NCBI RefSeq assembly: GCF_018977255.1
Contig: NW_024704743.1
Location: 96,598,001-96,662,000 of the forward strand
DNA: 64,000 nt
Reading direction: 5' to 3'
Source of the DNA: Callorhinchus milii
Lineage: Eukaryota
Part shown: positions 1 through 14,117 of the stretch, piece after piece
Numbering within the stretch: the stretch's first letter is position 1
Layout: every line of letters begins with the position of its first letter
Program-made: the position numbers and the translations under genes
Notes under the pieces: generated by a model
The model's input: the letters and a program-made list of their open reading frames with translations, nothing else
Told to the model about the DNA's origin: nothing
The model's database searches: none

Positions 1-44
1 ATTTTGGTGTGTCTTTATTGAATTTACCCCCTGCTGCACTTGGG

Positions 45-300
45 TTGAATTTAGGATTCTCATCCTCGTCTTCAAACGCCTCCATGACTTGATTCTACCC
101 TACTTCAGTAACTTCCTATTACCCTGCTGGTCCCTGCTTCATGTCCACACCGTTGGTGGGCAGCCTTCAACCATTCTGCCCCCATTCTATCGAACTCCAT
201 TCCAGAGTCTTTCTGGATTGCCCCCTTCCTCCCAGCTTTCAAAACCTGCCTTGACGTTGCCATCCACTACTTTTCACCTCCCTTCCCCAGCTCCCTCCCT
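45..300 (+). mobile_element. L2 LINE 3' fragment (decayed)
   Basis: Matches the 3' part of other L2 copies in the window (TCCTCGTCTTCAAA...CCTCCATG). Confidence 0.7.
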
Positions 301-1564
301 TAAAGTGAGTAAAGCATAATTTCAATCAAGTTACATGATGACAATGCACGTTAAGGTTCTCATTAGCTCACCCTTTCCATAAATGAACCCAAAGAGCTAG
401 ATGTTTCTATAACATTGTGCAAAATAATTGGAGAATTTTGTACAATGTCATATTTACTTTCAAGCAGCTAAAATCCCCAAATAATGACAACTTCTCTTAA
501 TTAAGACATGAAGTTCAGTGAATATTCAGATCCTTGTTTAAAATAGTACTAATTAAAAAGTAAAATGTGCTGATGTTCATCAGACTATTACAGTACAACT
601 GCTGATTCACATAAACGTTGAAGAACTGGATTCCCTATTGGAGATGCAGTATTTATAATTTGTCCAAGAACGCTTCCCAAAATATCCTAATCATATGTTC
701 AGTAATTTAAAGACCTTTATTATGAAAATCTTCGCATGCATCACATTTTTTGTGCAGCAAAGTGAGTTAGTGAGATCAATTATTTAACAATGAATAATCG
801 AATGGCAAAAACACAGTCAGTCAGGAATGCACAGTAGATTATTTTCCTCTTCCAACTTGTACCTTCTTATTCAATCTTTTGAATGCCAATTAATTCCCAC
901 CACCTTTTAAATTATACAGCATACCACAGTAATGTGAAAGTCAGAATCACTGAAAGGTGCCTCGATTCTGCAGTTCTTTAAATACTGAATGCTTTGAAGC
1001 ATAATAAACACAATTTCCCTCAACAAGCTTTTTATATGCATGATGGTTAATGTTGCAAGTATAGGCAAATATTATAACAGCTATCGTATCTGCAGGTGAA
1101 AATTAATTCATAACCTTGTTTCCTACATTTATTTTCAGATTAAAATATTTATTCAGGGTTTACAGTAACATCTGAGAGGCTGCAAGCATTTATTCCAATA
1201 TTTTGACCGAAAAATCAGAAGCTCGATTTTTTTTCCCCTTTCAGGAATTGCTAGCAAATTATGTGATGTTAACAACCACTGAATTGGCAAGCACAATTCT
1301 ATGAATTTAAGAGAGTATGAATTCATATTAATTCATGACACATATCTTCTGAATTGCGGGACACAGAATTTCACAGTAAAGGGTGCTCAAGGTCAACTCA
1401 AACATTGCTGTGGTTTCTTTCACTGTTTGCTGTGCGCAGTTGTCTGCCATGTTTCGCCCACAGAATATACAGTCAATTCACTTTACAGTATATTCTGTGA
1501 AGCGCTTTCAGATGTCTCGAAAACATGATAAGGCCCTATATCAAATGCAACAATTATTATTATT

Positions 1565-2060
1565 AAGGGATAGAGTTATGAGGAAAGATTGGTTATCCTG
1601 AACCTTTTTTCTCTTGAAAAGGGAAGACTAAAGGAGGACTAGATAGAACTATTTAAAAGTTTATAGGAAGACACTTAAAAATGCAAATTAGTTTCCCTGC
1701 TATGACAAGTGGTCAAAGCTTCAAAATAAGACTGACAAAAGAGAATAGAAAGTGCAGAAAATTTTTCCTTTAGCGATAGAGTGCTAAATATGTTGAATAA
1801 ATTAGTGAACAAAATATTCAGCAAAAGTGGTGGAACAAAGAATTGTGAAGGGTTTCACAAAGGAATTAGTCACGTTCTTGGAAAATTATTCAGCCTGATA
1901 AGAGGATGAGATAGGTACATGAGGGAGAAAGGAATAGAAGGTTATGCTTGAAGGCTTAGCTAAGGAAGGGCAGGAGGAGGCTCAAGTGGAGCATAAACAC
2001 CGGCATAGACCAGTTGGACCGAATGGCCTGTTTCTGTGCTATATATTCTAATGTATTCTA
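1565..2060 (+). mobile_element. CR1 3' fragments (an old copy plus a younger tail at about 1900-2060)
   Basis: Tail GGCTCAAGTGGAGCATAAACACCGGCATAGACCAGTTGGACCGAATGGCCTGTTTCTGTGCT. Confidence 0.7.
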
Positions 2061-4494
2061 GATTGACGTTTCAAAGGAAACTTTGGAGAAGTTAGATGGT
2101 TATGTTGGATAGACCAATAGTCTATTCCTGCTTCAAACTGATACTATTATTGATTCAATTCCCTGATGCAATAGTTTACTTTGCTTCTTCAGTCAGTCAG
2201 GAAGGAAGGAAAAGTAAACATTGGGTGTATTTGGTTTGTTGTAGTTGATTGATTTTCCAGGAGTTTTACCTTTTTAATATCTAAGAATGTTTCAAAAAAA
2301 ATTTCTGAGAATTTCCTCAGAATTGGTCTCATTTTATTTTGGCCTTTGGTCACCTTCCTACCCTCACTTCACCTCTCTGCCCTCCTGATTCCAACCCCCA
2401 ACTCAGGTGCACATCATTGACTATCCAGCTCTTTGTGACATTCTCTTGACGTGAAAGGCGCTATATAAATGTAATTTATTGTTATTGTTTAGTTTCATGG
2501 TAGAATTGTAACTATAAAGGGATTATTTAAAATAAACCAATTGATTCACAGTACTGGAATTTCTACTGCAATTCAGGATCCAGGCAAAGCCATCCAGGCT
2601 CATGGTGGCTTTGGCAGGTGGATACCGGAGAGAATTGGTTGGCAATCATACCTCAGGCAGAACTGTGTTCTTCACTTTGATTCAAATCACAGCATTTATG
2701 AAGCATCAAGTATCTTACTGTTCACTTTCTGTCAAAATCTAAATACAGCCTGAAACAAGTGGCCATTATGATCCTATTCTGCTAATGAATAAAGTGTTTC
2801 ATAGGTTGCTAAACTCAGATAACATATACATAAAAAACACATTGTCCATTTTTCCTGATTAGTTTAGAACAAGAAGAGAACAGGTTTAGAGTTTTCCAAT
2901 TTCAGGACAGAGTGGGATGGGGAGAGGAGTAATTAACAATTGGAATACAGTAGCAAGAAGGTTAGTTGAGGGAAGGACACTAGACTTATTTAAAAAAGCA
3001 GCTTGATGCTGTAATGGGAGGGTCAGTGTTCTGGAGGGGAGAGATCAGAAGGACCGTTTTCAAACAAATTAGTCTTGTGAGTTGCAGAACTTGTGTACTT
3101 CAAGAGAAGACTATCCAACACCAGCTATGTGGGGTTGTTTGTATGCACACTGCATATTAAGCATTCTCTGCATTTATACTTTAATCTCTTCTAATTACTC
3201 CTTAACCTTACTCTTGCAAATAAATTGGGCATCGGTACTCTTAAAATCTGGGCAAATTAAGCACTCTTAATAGTTAAATTCAGGGAACAATGTTGGCAGA
3301 TATAAAGAGACATTGAAAATAACAGATTATTGTTGGAGAGAGAAACTTTTCTTTTCAATTTTACGCTGACCAAACTTGCCTCATAAATGCATCATAAAAC
3401 AATTGTTGAGAAGAGATAAAGTCCTATTAATGTTAAAAGTTGTGTGAAAACTGCAGGGAAATGGGATTGCAGCAGATGTTTCCAGAGGGGGAGCTAGCAC
3501 GAAACCCAGGCACAACGGGCTGTAAACTTTGTATGAGTTTATGATCTTGTTGTACTGTAATTATTTGACTAACCAGGCAGTGTGGCTATAGAGCAATGTT
3601 AGCTAATAGAAAGGTGTAGATTGCCTCCCAGGGAATCGGAAACAAGGAACTCAAGAAAATAATAAATAGAAGAAAAACGAGAGAGTTCTGGACAAAGTGA
3701 GAAAACATAGATAACACCTTTAGAAAAATATAATGTGGCAGAACAATGTGCTGAAGGGGTTGTCTTTTCAGAAGATGTGGGTGTAATTCCATACAAATTT
3801 ACATTTATATTGTGCCTTCCACATTGGGAAGCTGTCCGAAAGCTTTTGTCAAAACTGGCTTAGCACAAAGCTGGGAGTGGGGAGGTGGATGGGGTGAGGG
3901 AGAGACTGTGTTCTTTTCATAGTTTATATTATCCAGATGCTTTGACTATTTATTGCAGTCTATTTACTCCGACATAACCATTATTCTCTGTGGAGATTAT
4001 TCAGGTCACTTTAGAGCACATTTGTTGATGCAGACTAAGTGTTATTTTCCTTTATTCAGTGAGTTTACCAAATGTGTCCCAGTGCGCGTATAAATAAATA
4101 TAATGTAATTTTAATTTATAAATAATGAGGCACTATCAATCTAAAATTAAATTATACTGTTAAAATAGGAATCATTTTATTTACAAGTGCACAGGGACAA
4201 TATTGCTAAATGTATCAAAGAGAACAGAATGGTACTTAGTTCATTTCAACAAATTTGTTACAAGAGTCTGTTGTGTGGAGCACAAGGAGCAGAATAGCCC
4301 TTATGGCATTCAGAGGAGTATTCACTCTAGTAGAGTTGCCGGCAATGCTTTTAACCACTGTTTATGACTATACAATGAATGAATTCATTCAAAGTTCTGG
4401 ATAAGTAACAGGTTTCCTAGCAATATCTTTACGAGTTAAATCATTATGGATGCTGGAGTTTGCGCGATGCTTTCAGGAACCCAGCGAGAAAATA

Positions 4495-4900
4495 ATAATG
4501 TATACTAATCCTTGCATTTGATATAGTGCTTTATCGCATTGTCGAGACGTCTCAAAGCCTTTCACAAAATTTTTAATGTGAAGTGTAGTAAAATAGTAAA
4601 AGGTGACTGTATTTGTAGGCAAATGTGGCAGTCAATTTGCTCACAGCAATATCCCACAGCCAATCATGAAGTGATTGACCAATTTTATTTCAGGGATTGT
4701 TGGCCAGAACACTGAGAGAAAATCCCTTCTCTTTTTGAATAGTGTCAAGGGAACTTTCCACATGAACAGGTAGACACTTGTTTTAACACTTCATCCAAAG
4801 GGTGGCACCTTCAACAATCCAGCATTGCATTGGAGTGAGTCCCAATTTGATGCTTGACCCATAACCCTCTGACTCAGGTGAGATTGCAAGAATTGATGTA
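4495..4900 (-). mobile_element. SINE family B copy
   Basis: Reverse-complement tail, Deu core and head. Confidence 0.7.
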
Positions 4901-4914
4901 AGCATAAGGTTGAT

Positions 4915-5600
4915 TCTGTGGGTGGCATCTCACTTCTGAGTCAAATGGTTGTGGGTTCAAGCTCTATGTCAGGACTTGAGCTCATCTTTTGTCATCAACT
5001 GCATTGTTGGAGGTGTTGTCCTTTGGATAAGATGTTAATCCTGTAGCTCAGTGGTTAGAGCACTCGCTTTGCAACCGAGAGACCTAGGTTTGTTTCCTGG
5101 CAGGGCGAAACATTGGACAAATTTTCCTTACTCCACACGCCTCTGTTTACCTAGCAAATAGGTAAGTAGGTACCTAATTGTTAGTGGATTGGTGGATCAC
5201 TTTTCCGGGGTAACAATTCCTTCAAAAGTAAATGCAGTCAATTCACTTCACAGTATATTCTGTGAAGCAGTTTGAGACATCTCAAAGACATGATAAGGCG
5301 TTATATCAAATACAACAATTATTATTATTAGAATCCCAAATCCTGCCTACCCATTTGAGTGAATGCTAAAGATACCATGACACTACTGGAAAAGTGAAGG
5401 AAATTTTTCCCAATGCCCTGGCCACCAGTCCTCCAGGTTACTTAGGCACTTACCTACCTCATAGTGGTTCGAGAGACTTTGCTGGAGTAAATGGCTGCCA
5501 CCTTTGCCAACAAAACGCAATTGCTATATAGTTAACAATAATAACTTGTGAAGCTCTTTAAACCATTTTGATATGGTGATAATGTGCCAGAAACATGCTC
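4915..5600 (+). mobile_element. SINE family B copy split by a family A insertion
   Basis: Head to GATGTTAAT at 5039. The Deu core resumes at about 5335. Confidence 0.7.
5041..5330 (+). mobile_element. SINE family A copy inserted into a family B SINE
   Basis: Head CTGTAGCTCAGTGGTTAGAGC and (TTA)n tail. The host SINE resumes after 5330. Confidence 0.85.
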
Positions 5601-5849
5601 ATTCTTTATTTCTTTAAATGTGAAAATCAATGTACCTTATCTGAAATCAGTTACTAAATACACTATTTTTTGCCACAACACAATCACAGCCCATGTAAAG
5701 CCTGAATGTATCTTCTCTCACAAACCCAGGCCTTCTCATTTATCAGTGATCATGATCAGCTTGACTTGATGGCCTAGAGGTTTAGATTTTTCTTTGTCAC
5801 GGTGCATCTGTTGTGAAAAAGCTCACTGAAACCATTGAAACCAAATAAC

Positions 5850-6095
5850 AATTTTTTCATGCAAAAGTTAGTGGAAATCTGGAACTCTCCCCCAAAAGGC
5901 TGTGGATGCTGGGCTGGATTCATTGAAATTTTCAAGACAGTGGTATATAGATTTTTGTGAGTTAAGGGTATCAACAGATATGAAGCAAAGGTGGGTAATT
6001 GAAATTGAGGTATAGATCAGCCATGATCTCATAGAATGGCAGAACAGGCTCGAGGGGCTGAATGGCCCACTTCTGTTCTTATATTCCTTATGTTC
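5850..6095 (+). mobile_element. CR1 3' tail
   Basis: TGGAACTCTCCCCCAAAAGGCTGTGG...GATCAGCCATGATCT...GAATGGC...GGCTCGAGGGGCTGAATGGCC. Confidence 0.8.
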
Positions 6096-8254
6096 CATCT
6101 GAGTAGCTCAGTATTATTACAAAGCCTCTTGTGTAAAAAATAAAGAAGCAGTTATTTCCTTCATGACATTCCTGAGCACTTTAGTCATATGTCTCTTGTG
6201 GCGCTAGAGCAACAAAGGAGAACATTTGCTGTACCTCAGGGGCTTGAAGCCAGCCTATTCTGAACAGCAACGATTAAAAAGCACGTTCACTTCTGATCAA
6301 TGATCTTCTTGAATACAAATGGGAATGGGATGATGGTTGAGTAAATCATTCTGATCACAAAATGGTGGTGAGTAAATCATTCTGATCATTAAATTATGAC
6401 AGTAAATTGGATCTAAAAGTGTTAATGGATAACTGCCTATACCTGCTCCAGGGATTTGAGGACAGAGAGGTCAATTGAGGACTGATCCCTGATACATTTT
6501 ACGTTCTATTCCCTGATACATTTTACTATCCTATCTGTTGCTGATACAGATTAATTCCTCTGTTCTGTTGAAGTTTCTGAGAATTGGGCAGTTTCTGCTT
6601 TATGAACAGATAGACGCTGACTGGAAGCAGCATTAGACTTTCACTTCATATTGTTGCCACAACAGATTGACAGTAACCTTATGTGAAGCATGGAGTCAAA
6701 TGGCACCATTGACAATGGTTGTTTGAATGTTGGCACTACTGCAAACGCCAAAGGGATGCACTGGATTGTCAGAGGTGCTGTCTTCAGATGAGATGCTAAA
6801 TCAGGTCCTTTCTGTCTTATTGCCTGACAACCCTGCATTGCCATTACATGACACATTTCTAGATGTCAATATCAGCAGCAAGACAAAAGGGCACAGAATC
6901 AGGCTTAGTTGCAATGCACTTCAGTCATTTTCTTTTGGTATCCAGGTATCTGATACACACAGAAGCACCCAAATGAAATGACCGAGAATTTTACATATGT
7001 TTGGAAATTTCCATTTATTTGGTTTGAAATGCACACTTTCTCCCTGGAGGAATGCACTTTGCTTTCCTAATCCCAGAGAGGTCCGGTAATTGTTGGCAAG
7101 AGCTAAGGCATTTGGAATAACAACTATTACATGAGGGTACGCTGGTTTTAATCAGTTTACCATTGCAATCACTGGCAAGCTTCAGCCTTCTTGTCCAACC
7201 ATCCTGTTCATTCTCTCTTTCAACCCTCTTTAATGGTTTTAATGTCTTCCTAATCACTCTCTTATTATAATATTGAAAGAATGTTTTGGCAATGCGTTTT
7301 TTCATATGTCCATTTCCATTTGTCTCTTGGCTTTCTGATCTCTTTTTTGACCTCTTTCTGTACACTCTTGTATCTCACCTAATGGTAACCCTCTCCTATC
7401 TCCCTCTAACCTTTATAAATCTGCAGTATGCCTCTGCTGCACTTGGGAATGTATTTGTCCTGCATGCACTGCATAATATTCTCTATAACTTCAAAAACAA
7501 CAAAATTACATTTGAATAGCGCCTTTCACGTCTGGAGGATGTCTCGATGTGAAAAAAAGAACAGAGAGAAGAAAATTGAATGAGAAAAACTGGCAGGAAA
7601 AAAGCATTGCTTTTGATGCAGTCCATCCAGAATATCTGTTGTCTTTGACTCAGAAACATTTGAGAAAAGGATTAATTTTATAGTTTAATGGTGAGATTTG
7701 TTGAAGAAATAAGCAGAGAGCGCCACCATATGTCTGAGAGCTGCAGGTGCGAGAGTTCAGACAGAATTCTGACATGCTGACTCAAGTCAGCAGGTCAACA
7801 CACACAGCAGAAACACTGGTTGTGACTATTATAATGAGATTTGTCACTAACAGTACTGATATACCAGAAGATACGCCCTGTTAGATCCATTGAAACCTAG
7901 GAATATTATATGAGTAGTTCAACCATGACAATATTGGAATGAGCTGCTGTCAAATGGTTAAACATTTGTGGTATTGAATTTACCTTGTTGAATGCTTCAT
8001 TGATAATATGAAGTGTTAAGCTGCAATTTAAATATATTTTGTGAGCATTGCGCTAGAGCACTAACCAATGATGCCAAGTAATGTAATTGGATTCCATCCG
8101 TTTGCTGCTCAGGGACTTTGGCTAACTCCAAAGAGCACTAATTTAGACATTATTTACATAACACATTCTAGCGTTATACCACATGTACACTGGGGATAGA
8201 GGTATAATGACTTGAAATTTAATAAGGTATTATAGCCAAAAATATTATGTTGCC

Positions 8255-8640
8255 TCTGGTTATAAATTCAAGCCCCACATCGGAACTTGTCCTAGTCTAA
8301 GTTGACACTCCAATGTAGTACTGAGGGTATGTTGCATTGTTGTAGGTGCCGTCCTTCGAATGAAATGTTAAAACGAGATCCCATCTGCCTGTTCAGATGG
8401 ATGTTAAAGATCTCATGGTACTATTCGAAAAGAGAAGGGAGTTTCTCCCAGTGTCCAGGTCAATAATCCCTCAAGAAAATTGGTTATTCACTTCACGGCT
8501 GTTTGTGAGACATTGCTGTTCGCAAACTGGCTGCCTCATTTGCCCACAAATTCACTGTCTCTCTAATCCTGTGAAGCACTTTGGGACATCCTCCTGACAT
8601 GAAAGGCACTATATCAAATGCAAGGATTTTTATTATCATT
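8255..8640 (+). mobile_element. Deu-domain SINE (family B, SacSINE1/AmnSINE1-like)
   Basis: Core GGTGCCGTCCTTCGAATGAAATGTTAAAACGAG...CAGATGGATGTTAAAGATCTCATGGTACTATTCGAA resembles the Deu domain from memory. L2-like tail. Confidence 0.75.
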
Positions 8641-9427
8641 ACGATCGGAAGCATTTTCATGAGCTGCAAGTTTGCTACCCACTGATGCAAAATATCTGCC
8701 CACTGAATAACTACATCAAATGAATGGCCAATCAACTTCCCTGTAATTATAATCTGAATTCTTCTTTACCACTTTAAAAAAAACTGGGCCCAGACATGGT
8801 GAAAATAGCTAAAAATGACTGCCATAAGCAGATTTATCGGAGGACAGTGTAAATCAAATGAATGGACAAGTTGTGTTCTTGTCAATCTAGAAATTTTAAG
8901 CACTCTCCCTTACTTATTCAAAACAACTGAAATTTGTTCTGAAATCTAATTGCTTACAGAAACCGTTTAATCTTTCTCCCCCCACCCCTCCCCAGAGCAG
9001 TACAGTTGTCATTTAGCAGTGCAATTAGCATTTAGCAGTGCAGTTAGCATTAGCAGTACAGTTTCATTATCAGTTTTCTGATCTTGCAGCTTGAGCCACT
9101 TTAGGATATAAAATGCTGTGTGTGATTTCATAATTATACCAATGAGTCTTCGGCAGGACTGGCAAAATCATTCTCCTGAAGGTGTATCACATTGGTGATG
9201 CAATAGCACAAAACCTTGCGGTCGCAATAGTTGAATGCATGAAGGCTAGGATGATCAATTAAACACTTTAAATGAGCTGAAAGAAACTGTAAATAATCTC
9301 TTCTGATATCTATTCCAGTCACTCAGAGCAGGGATTCTTCCCACCCTAATGGGTAGGGTTATTTTAACTGGACAAACTGCAGGAAGCATGTCAGGCTGTG
9401 TTTGCAATAGGAAGTTGTGCAGTCTCA

Positions 9428-9694
9428 GATAATAATAATAATCCTTGCATTTGATATAGCGCTTTTCACGTCGGGAGGACGTCCCAAAGCGCTTCACAGA
9501 ACACACTGTAAAGTGAATTGACTGTATATTTGTGGGCGAACGCGGCAGCCAATTGCGCACAGCAATGTCCCATTGGAGGGATTATTATTAGGCGTGTGGA
9601 GTAAGGAAACTTGTCCAAGGTTTTGCCCTGCCTGGAATTGAACTCAGGTCTCTCACTTGCAAAGCAAGTGCTCTAATCACTGAGCTACAGGACT
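9428..9694 (-). mobile_element. SINE family A copy (internal deletion)
   Basis: Reverse complement of the 19376 copy, with head and tail both present. Confidence 0.88.
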
Positions 9695-12294
9695 AAACAG
9701 ATGGTTAGTCCAGCAATACCCCCAACACATCTGCGGACTCCAAGCCTTGGCTCTTGCCAACCTGTATCTATTACTTTCCTAGATTAGGTAAGCAGGTTGT
9801 CTCTCTGTAGGGGGAGTAAGTTTCCATGCATAAGTAGAACCCGCACTAATTTGTATACCCTTCAACATGGCAACAGGTGTCAGACACCAGGCTAACCAAA
9901 AATCATTTCATTCCAATTCCAATTTTAACATTTAATTCCATTAATGGGCGACTGACTTCTCAGCCACCTTGTTATAATAGAGATGGCAATATTGACAGAG
10001 AAACTAAAATAACAAGATCATTGGTTATCACACACTGACTTTTATTCCCTTGTCCTTGTGGAGAAAACTAAATATAATTAAAGCTTAGGCAAATGTAAAT
10101 CATGTCTTATTTGTGCTGTTGTACAGGAGAAAACCACAAGAGCCAGCTGCTGCCTGCTGAGTGAACATTAGAGGCTGACATTTAATAAGAGCTTGTTAAT
10201 TACACCATAATTACACATTGAATGCTGAGGTATTTTAGACCACTTTGTCAAGTCTCAGTTCAAACTATTCAATCAGCTTTTTTGGCTCAGTTGGACAACA
10301 TCAAACCATGTGCCAAACAGCAATCTTGATTACTCTGGACATAAGTGTGCACAACAGGTGTCAGGATGGAATACAGGAACCGAATGAGATAATTTTCTTG
10401 CCACTAAGCCCAGGACAATGTAGGTTTATAATGGGAAAATAAACATAATGTGCTTGAATAATTCTAGCCTTTAATGCATTGCTCTTACATCAATGCTTTT
10501 TTGAATCTCATCCCTTCAACGAGTTTATTTGGTAACAAAGAAAGAAAAATGTGGATCCCTGGAACTGAAAAAGTTAAACTTTTGTTGCTGCTGATGTGTA
10601 TCCATGGTGATTCACAATACTAGTATGTAGGTTACATTCCAGTGAATTTGAAACTCATTTGATTTAAAGGCATTAAATTCTCCTGAATAACATTAGCAGC
10701 TTTTATCCCACAGCTTCAAATAGTAAAAATAATTATTGTGCACAAAAAGTTTGCACTGTTTCTACATTGCCCCCCGTTCGAGTCTAGATCCTTAATGAAA
10801 ATACTTTAATGTTTTGAGACTTTGAAATCAAGCAAAATTTGAGAGGATACAATGAGATTTACATTAGAATCAAGCTGGTCTTAGAAATGAGACAAATAAA
10901 GTGAATGGGTGCTGTAAAAGGCTTTCTGTAAATATTTAACATTTATATGTTATATTTATTACTTAACATTCTCCTTCAAAATACATAGTCACTTTGAATA
11001 AACTTTGAAGGAAATCCTGTGAAATTCTCTCAGATGGATGTCTGACGTGAAAGGCTCTGTATCAAATACAATAATTATTATTTATATTATTCACTAACAT
11101 TTTGCAGATTTAAAACATTAATATATTCACAGAAAAATGTAATGAATTTAACCTTTAACATCTGGGGTTTAGCAGATAAGGTAGCATCAAACATGAGAAA
11201 AGAGGGATGCTGAAGGATATCAGATAGTCATTGAATCTCAGTTTGTTTATTTGGAGATCAGTTCAGAAGACTTTTCATATGGCTTTGAATAACGATTTGC
11301 CTGAATTTGACTGACATTCAGCTGCCTGTGCACCATAATACATTTTTAAAAATCAAAAAGTGATTGTCAGATCTCAACCATTGTTTTTCAAGTTGTAATT
11401 GCTTCCTCTACCCACCAATGTTTTATTAATGTTTCACAAGTCTTCAGGAAGATATACTCGCAAGCCAATAAAAGCCAATCATTTCCTGCAAATCTTTCAA
11501 ATTGCTGTGAACAAAATAAACAGAACGAGAATGTTTACCACATTAGACATGAGCCTTTGATGGTAAATCCAGCCAATCACACACACCCTGACAGCAGTAT
11601 TTGTGCAAGCCATTTTGCACATCTGTGCTGGCTCTCTGAAAGAGCTATCTGTTTAGTTCCATTCTCCTTCCTTTCTCCTACACCCTATGCTGTGATTCAC
11701 ATCCCAGCTCATTTTATAAGAGTACATTTGGGTTCGTTTTTCCTTTTTCATATTTCCTTCTGGTTTGTTCTCTTTGTTACTCCTCACTTAAAGATGGTGG
11801 CTTACACTGGGGTATAATTTGATGCACATCAGGAACTTTCCAATTCTTATTGAAGCGGCTTTTGTTCATAATCTGAATCTGCAGGCTATTTGAGCATGAT
11901 GGCTGCAACAATCAATGTTAGTGCTGTCCTCACCTGGTGATGTCTACATATGTGATAAGCCAACAGGAGCAAGAATCATGGCTCAATTTTTGGTTCCCTA
12001 TCTGGTGATTTTGAAACAAATATCGACACTACACTTGGCTGACTCACTACTATTTTGTTTGACGTCTAATTGAACCTGGGGGCTTCTGGTCTGTGTAGCT
12101 CATTCCCACACAAAACACTGGATGAGATCTGATTTCACACGGTATTTCACCTACATGAAAGTTAAAAGCCTATAAATGACAGCTTGGTTCAATTGGTAGC
12201 TGTCTTGCTTTTAGGTCAGAAGGTTATGGGTTCAAGCTTCATGTTGGGACTTGATCTCACAACTCAGGCTTCCGACAAGGAGGGAGTTTACTAC

Positions 12295-12836
12295 AGAAAT
12301 TCCCTACATGTCAGCCTCCCCAACTTTTCCGTCCACAAGCTGCAGACCATCCAGAACTCTGCAGCTCGTGTCCTCTCCCGCACCAAGCCCCCACTGTCGC
12401 CCGGCTCCACTGGCTCCCCATCCCCCAGAGAATAGAATTCAAAATCATTGTCCTCACTTTCAAGGCCCTCCACGGGTTCGCCCCCTCCTACATCTCTCAT
12501 CTGCTGACCTCTTATCAACCTGTCCGCTCCCTCCGGCCTGCTCCATGTCTCCTGCCCGACCCACCCTACCATTGGCAACCAGACTTTCAGCCTCTCTGCC
12601 CCCACACTTTCGAACTCCATGCCACAATCCCTTCACCTTGCTCCCTCTCTTGCCTCCTTCAAGGCATGACTCAAGACCCTCCTTTTTGACCATGCCTTCA
12701 GCCCCCTCATACCTCTCTGCCCTCCCTCATCCCAACCCTGCACCCCCCCATGCTCGGGTCCTAATCTCTGACTGTTCAGCACCTTGGGATGTCCTCCCAA
12801 TGTGAAAGGTGCTTTACAAATGTAATTTTGTTGTTG
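12295..12836 (+). mobile_element. L2 LINE 3' fragment with tail
   Basis: Encodes HKLQTIQNSAARVLSRTK. Tail TTGGGATGTCCTCCCAATGTGAAAGG...(TTG)n. Confidence 0.88.
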
Positions 12837-13095
12837 AAATTCCAATGCAGAACTAGAGGGAGTCGCATTGTTGGAGGTCCTCTTTTTCCAGTATGAGATG
12901 TTAAGCTGAGATCCTCTCTGCCTGTTCAGGTGGATATCATAAGGATGTAAAACACTCTTCAAAAGAGAAGAGGTATTTTGTCTCACAATCCTCCCGATTA
13001 ATTGATCATTCATAGCTGATGTGGGATCTTGCTGGTCAGCAGTTGCCCTCAAACCAGACACTATTCTTGACAGCAATTACCTGTGAAATGCTTTA

Positions 13096-13815
13096 CAACA
13101 ACAACAACTTGAATTTATATAGCGCCACCACGCCGGATGGTGTTTCAGAGCGCTTCACAGTAATGGATCCCGGGGCCGAGCCAGGGGGAGGGGGAGGAAG
13201 GTGACCAAAGGCGCGGTTGAAAAGAAAGGTCTTCAGCAGAGACCTGAACATAGGAAGAGAGGAGGCGAAGGAAGTGAGGAAGGGAGTTCCAGAGCCTCGG
13301 GGCACAGTGGCTGAAGGCACGGCTACCGAGGGTGGAGCAGAGGAATTGGAGGACAAGGAGGAGGCCAGACCCAGAGGAACAAAGACAATGGGCACTGTTG
13401 TCAGGAGAGAGGAGGTCAGAGATGTAGGGGGTGCAGAGGAGTGGAAGGATTTGGATACAAGGGTGAGGATTTTGAAGTCGATCCCCTCTGGGACAGGCAG
13501 CCAGAGCAGTCTGGCAAGGACTAGGGTAATCGGGGAGAGGAGTTTGGTGCGGGTGAGAATGCGGGCGGCAGAGTTTTGAATAATCTGGATTTTATGGGTG
13601 GTAGTTGAGATGACAAAGGCATGGACCAGGGTTTCAGCGGCTTTTGGAGAGAGGTATGGCGGAGGCGGGCGATGCATTGGAGGTGGAAGGAAGCGGTGCT
13701 GGTGAGGGACTGGATATGGGTCAGGAAGGATAATTGGGGGTGGTACCTGACGCTTAGGTTGCGTACGGGTTCGGAGAGTTTTAATGGGAGGTCGGGTAGG
13801 TGGAGGAAGTGAGAT
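13096..13815 (-). mobile_element. L2 LINE 3' fragment (different subfamily tail)
   Basis: ORF 13093-13677 contains AAETLVHAFVIS...IQNSAARILTRTK...LWLPV...FKIL. (TTG)n end. Confidence 0.88.
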
Positions 13816-13900
13816 CCGTGAGATTTTAGACGTTGACGAGGGCTTTAAGACATTTTGATGTAAGGAATGCTATAATGATGCAAGTTCTTTCTATAAAGAA

Positions 13901-14117
13901 AGGAGTCCTGTAGCTCAGTGGTTAGAGCACTCACCTCACAAGCGAGAGACCTGGATTTGATTCCCAGCAGGGTGAAACATTAGGCAAGTTTCCTTACTCC
14001 ACACGCCTCTGTTTACCTCGCAGTAACTAAGAACCTGTTTGTTAGTCGATTGGCAGATTGATTTTCCGGGATAATAATTCCTTCTCAAAAAAAAATTGGT
14101 CACTCACTGCATGACAG
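13901..14117 (+). mobile_element. SINE family A 5' part, cut off by an L2 fragment
   Basis: Head GGAGTCCTGTAGCTCAGTGGTTAGAGC. L2 sequence follows directly. Confidence 0.85.

Larger units (their letters stand above)
12179..13890 (+). mobile_element. SINE family B copy split by two L2 insertions
   Basis: Head 12179-12270, Deu core 12841-13095, tail about 13818-13890. Confidence 0.7.
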
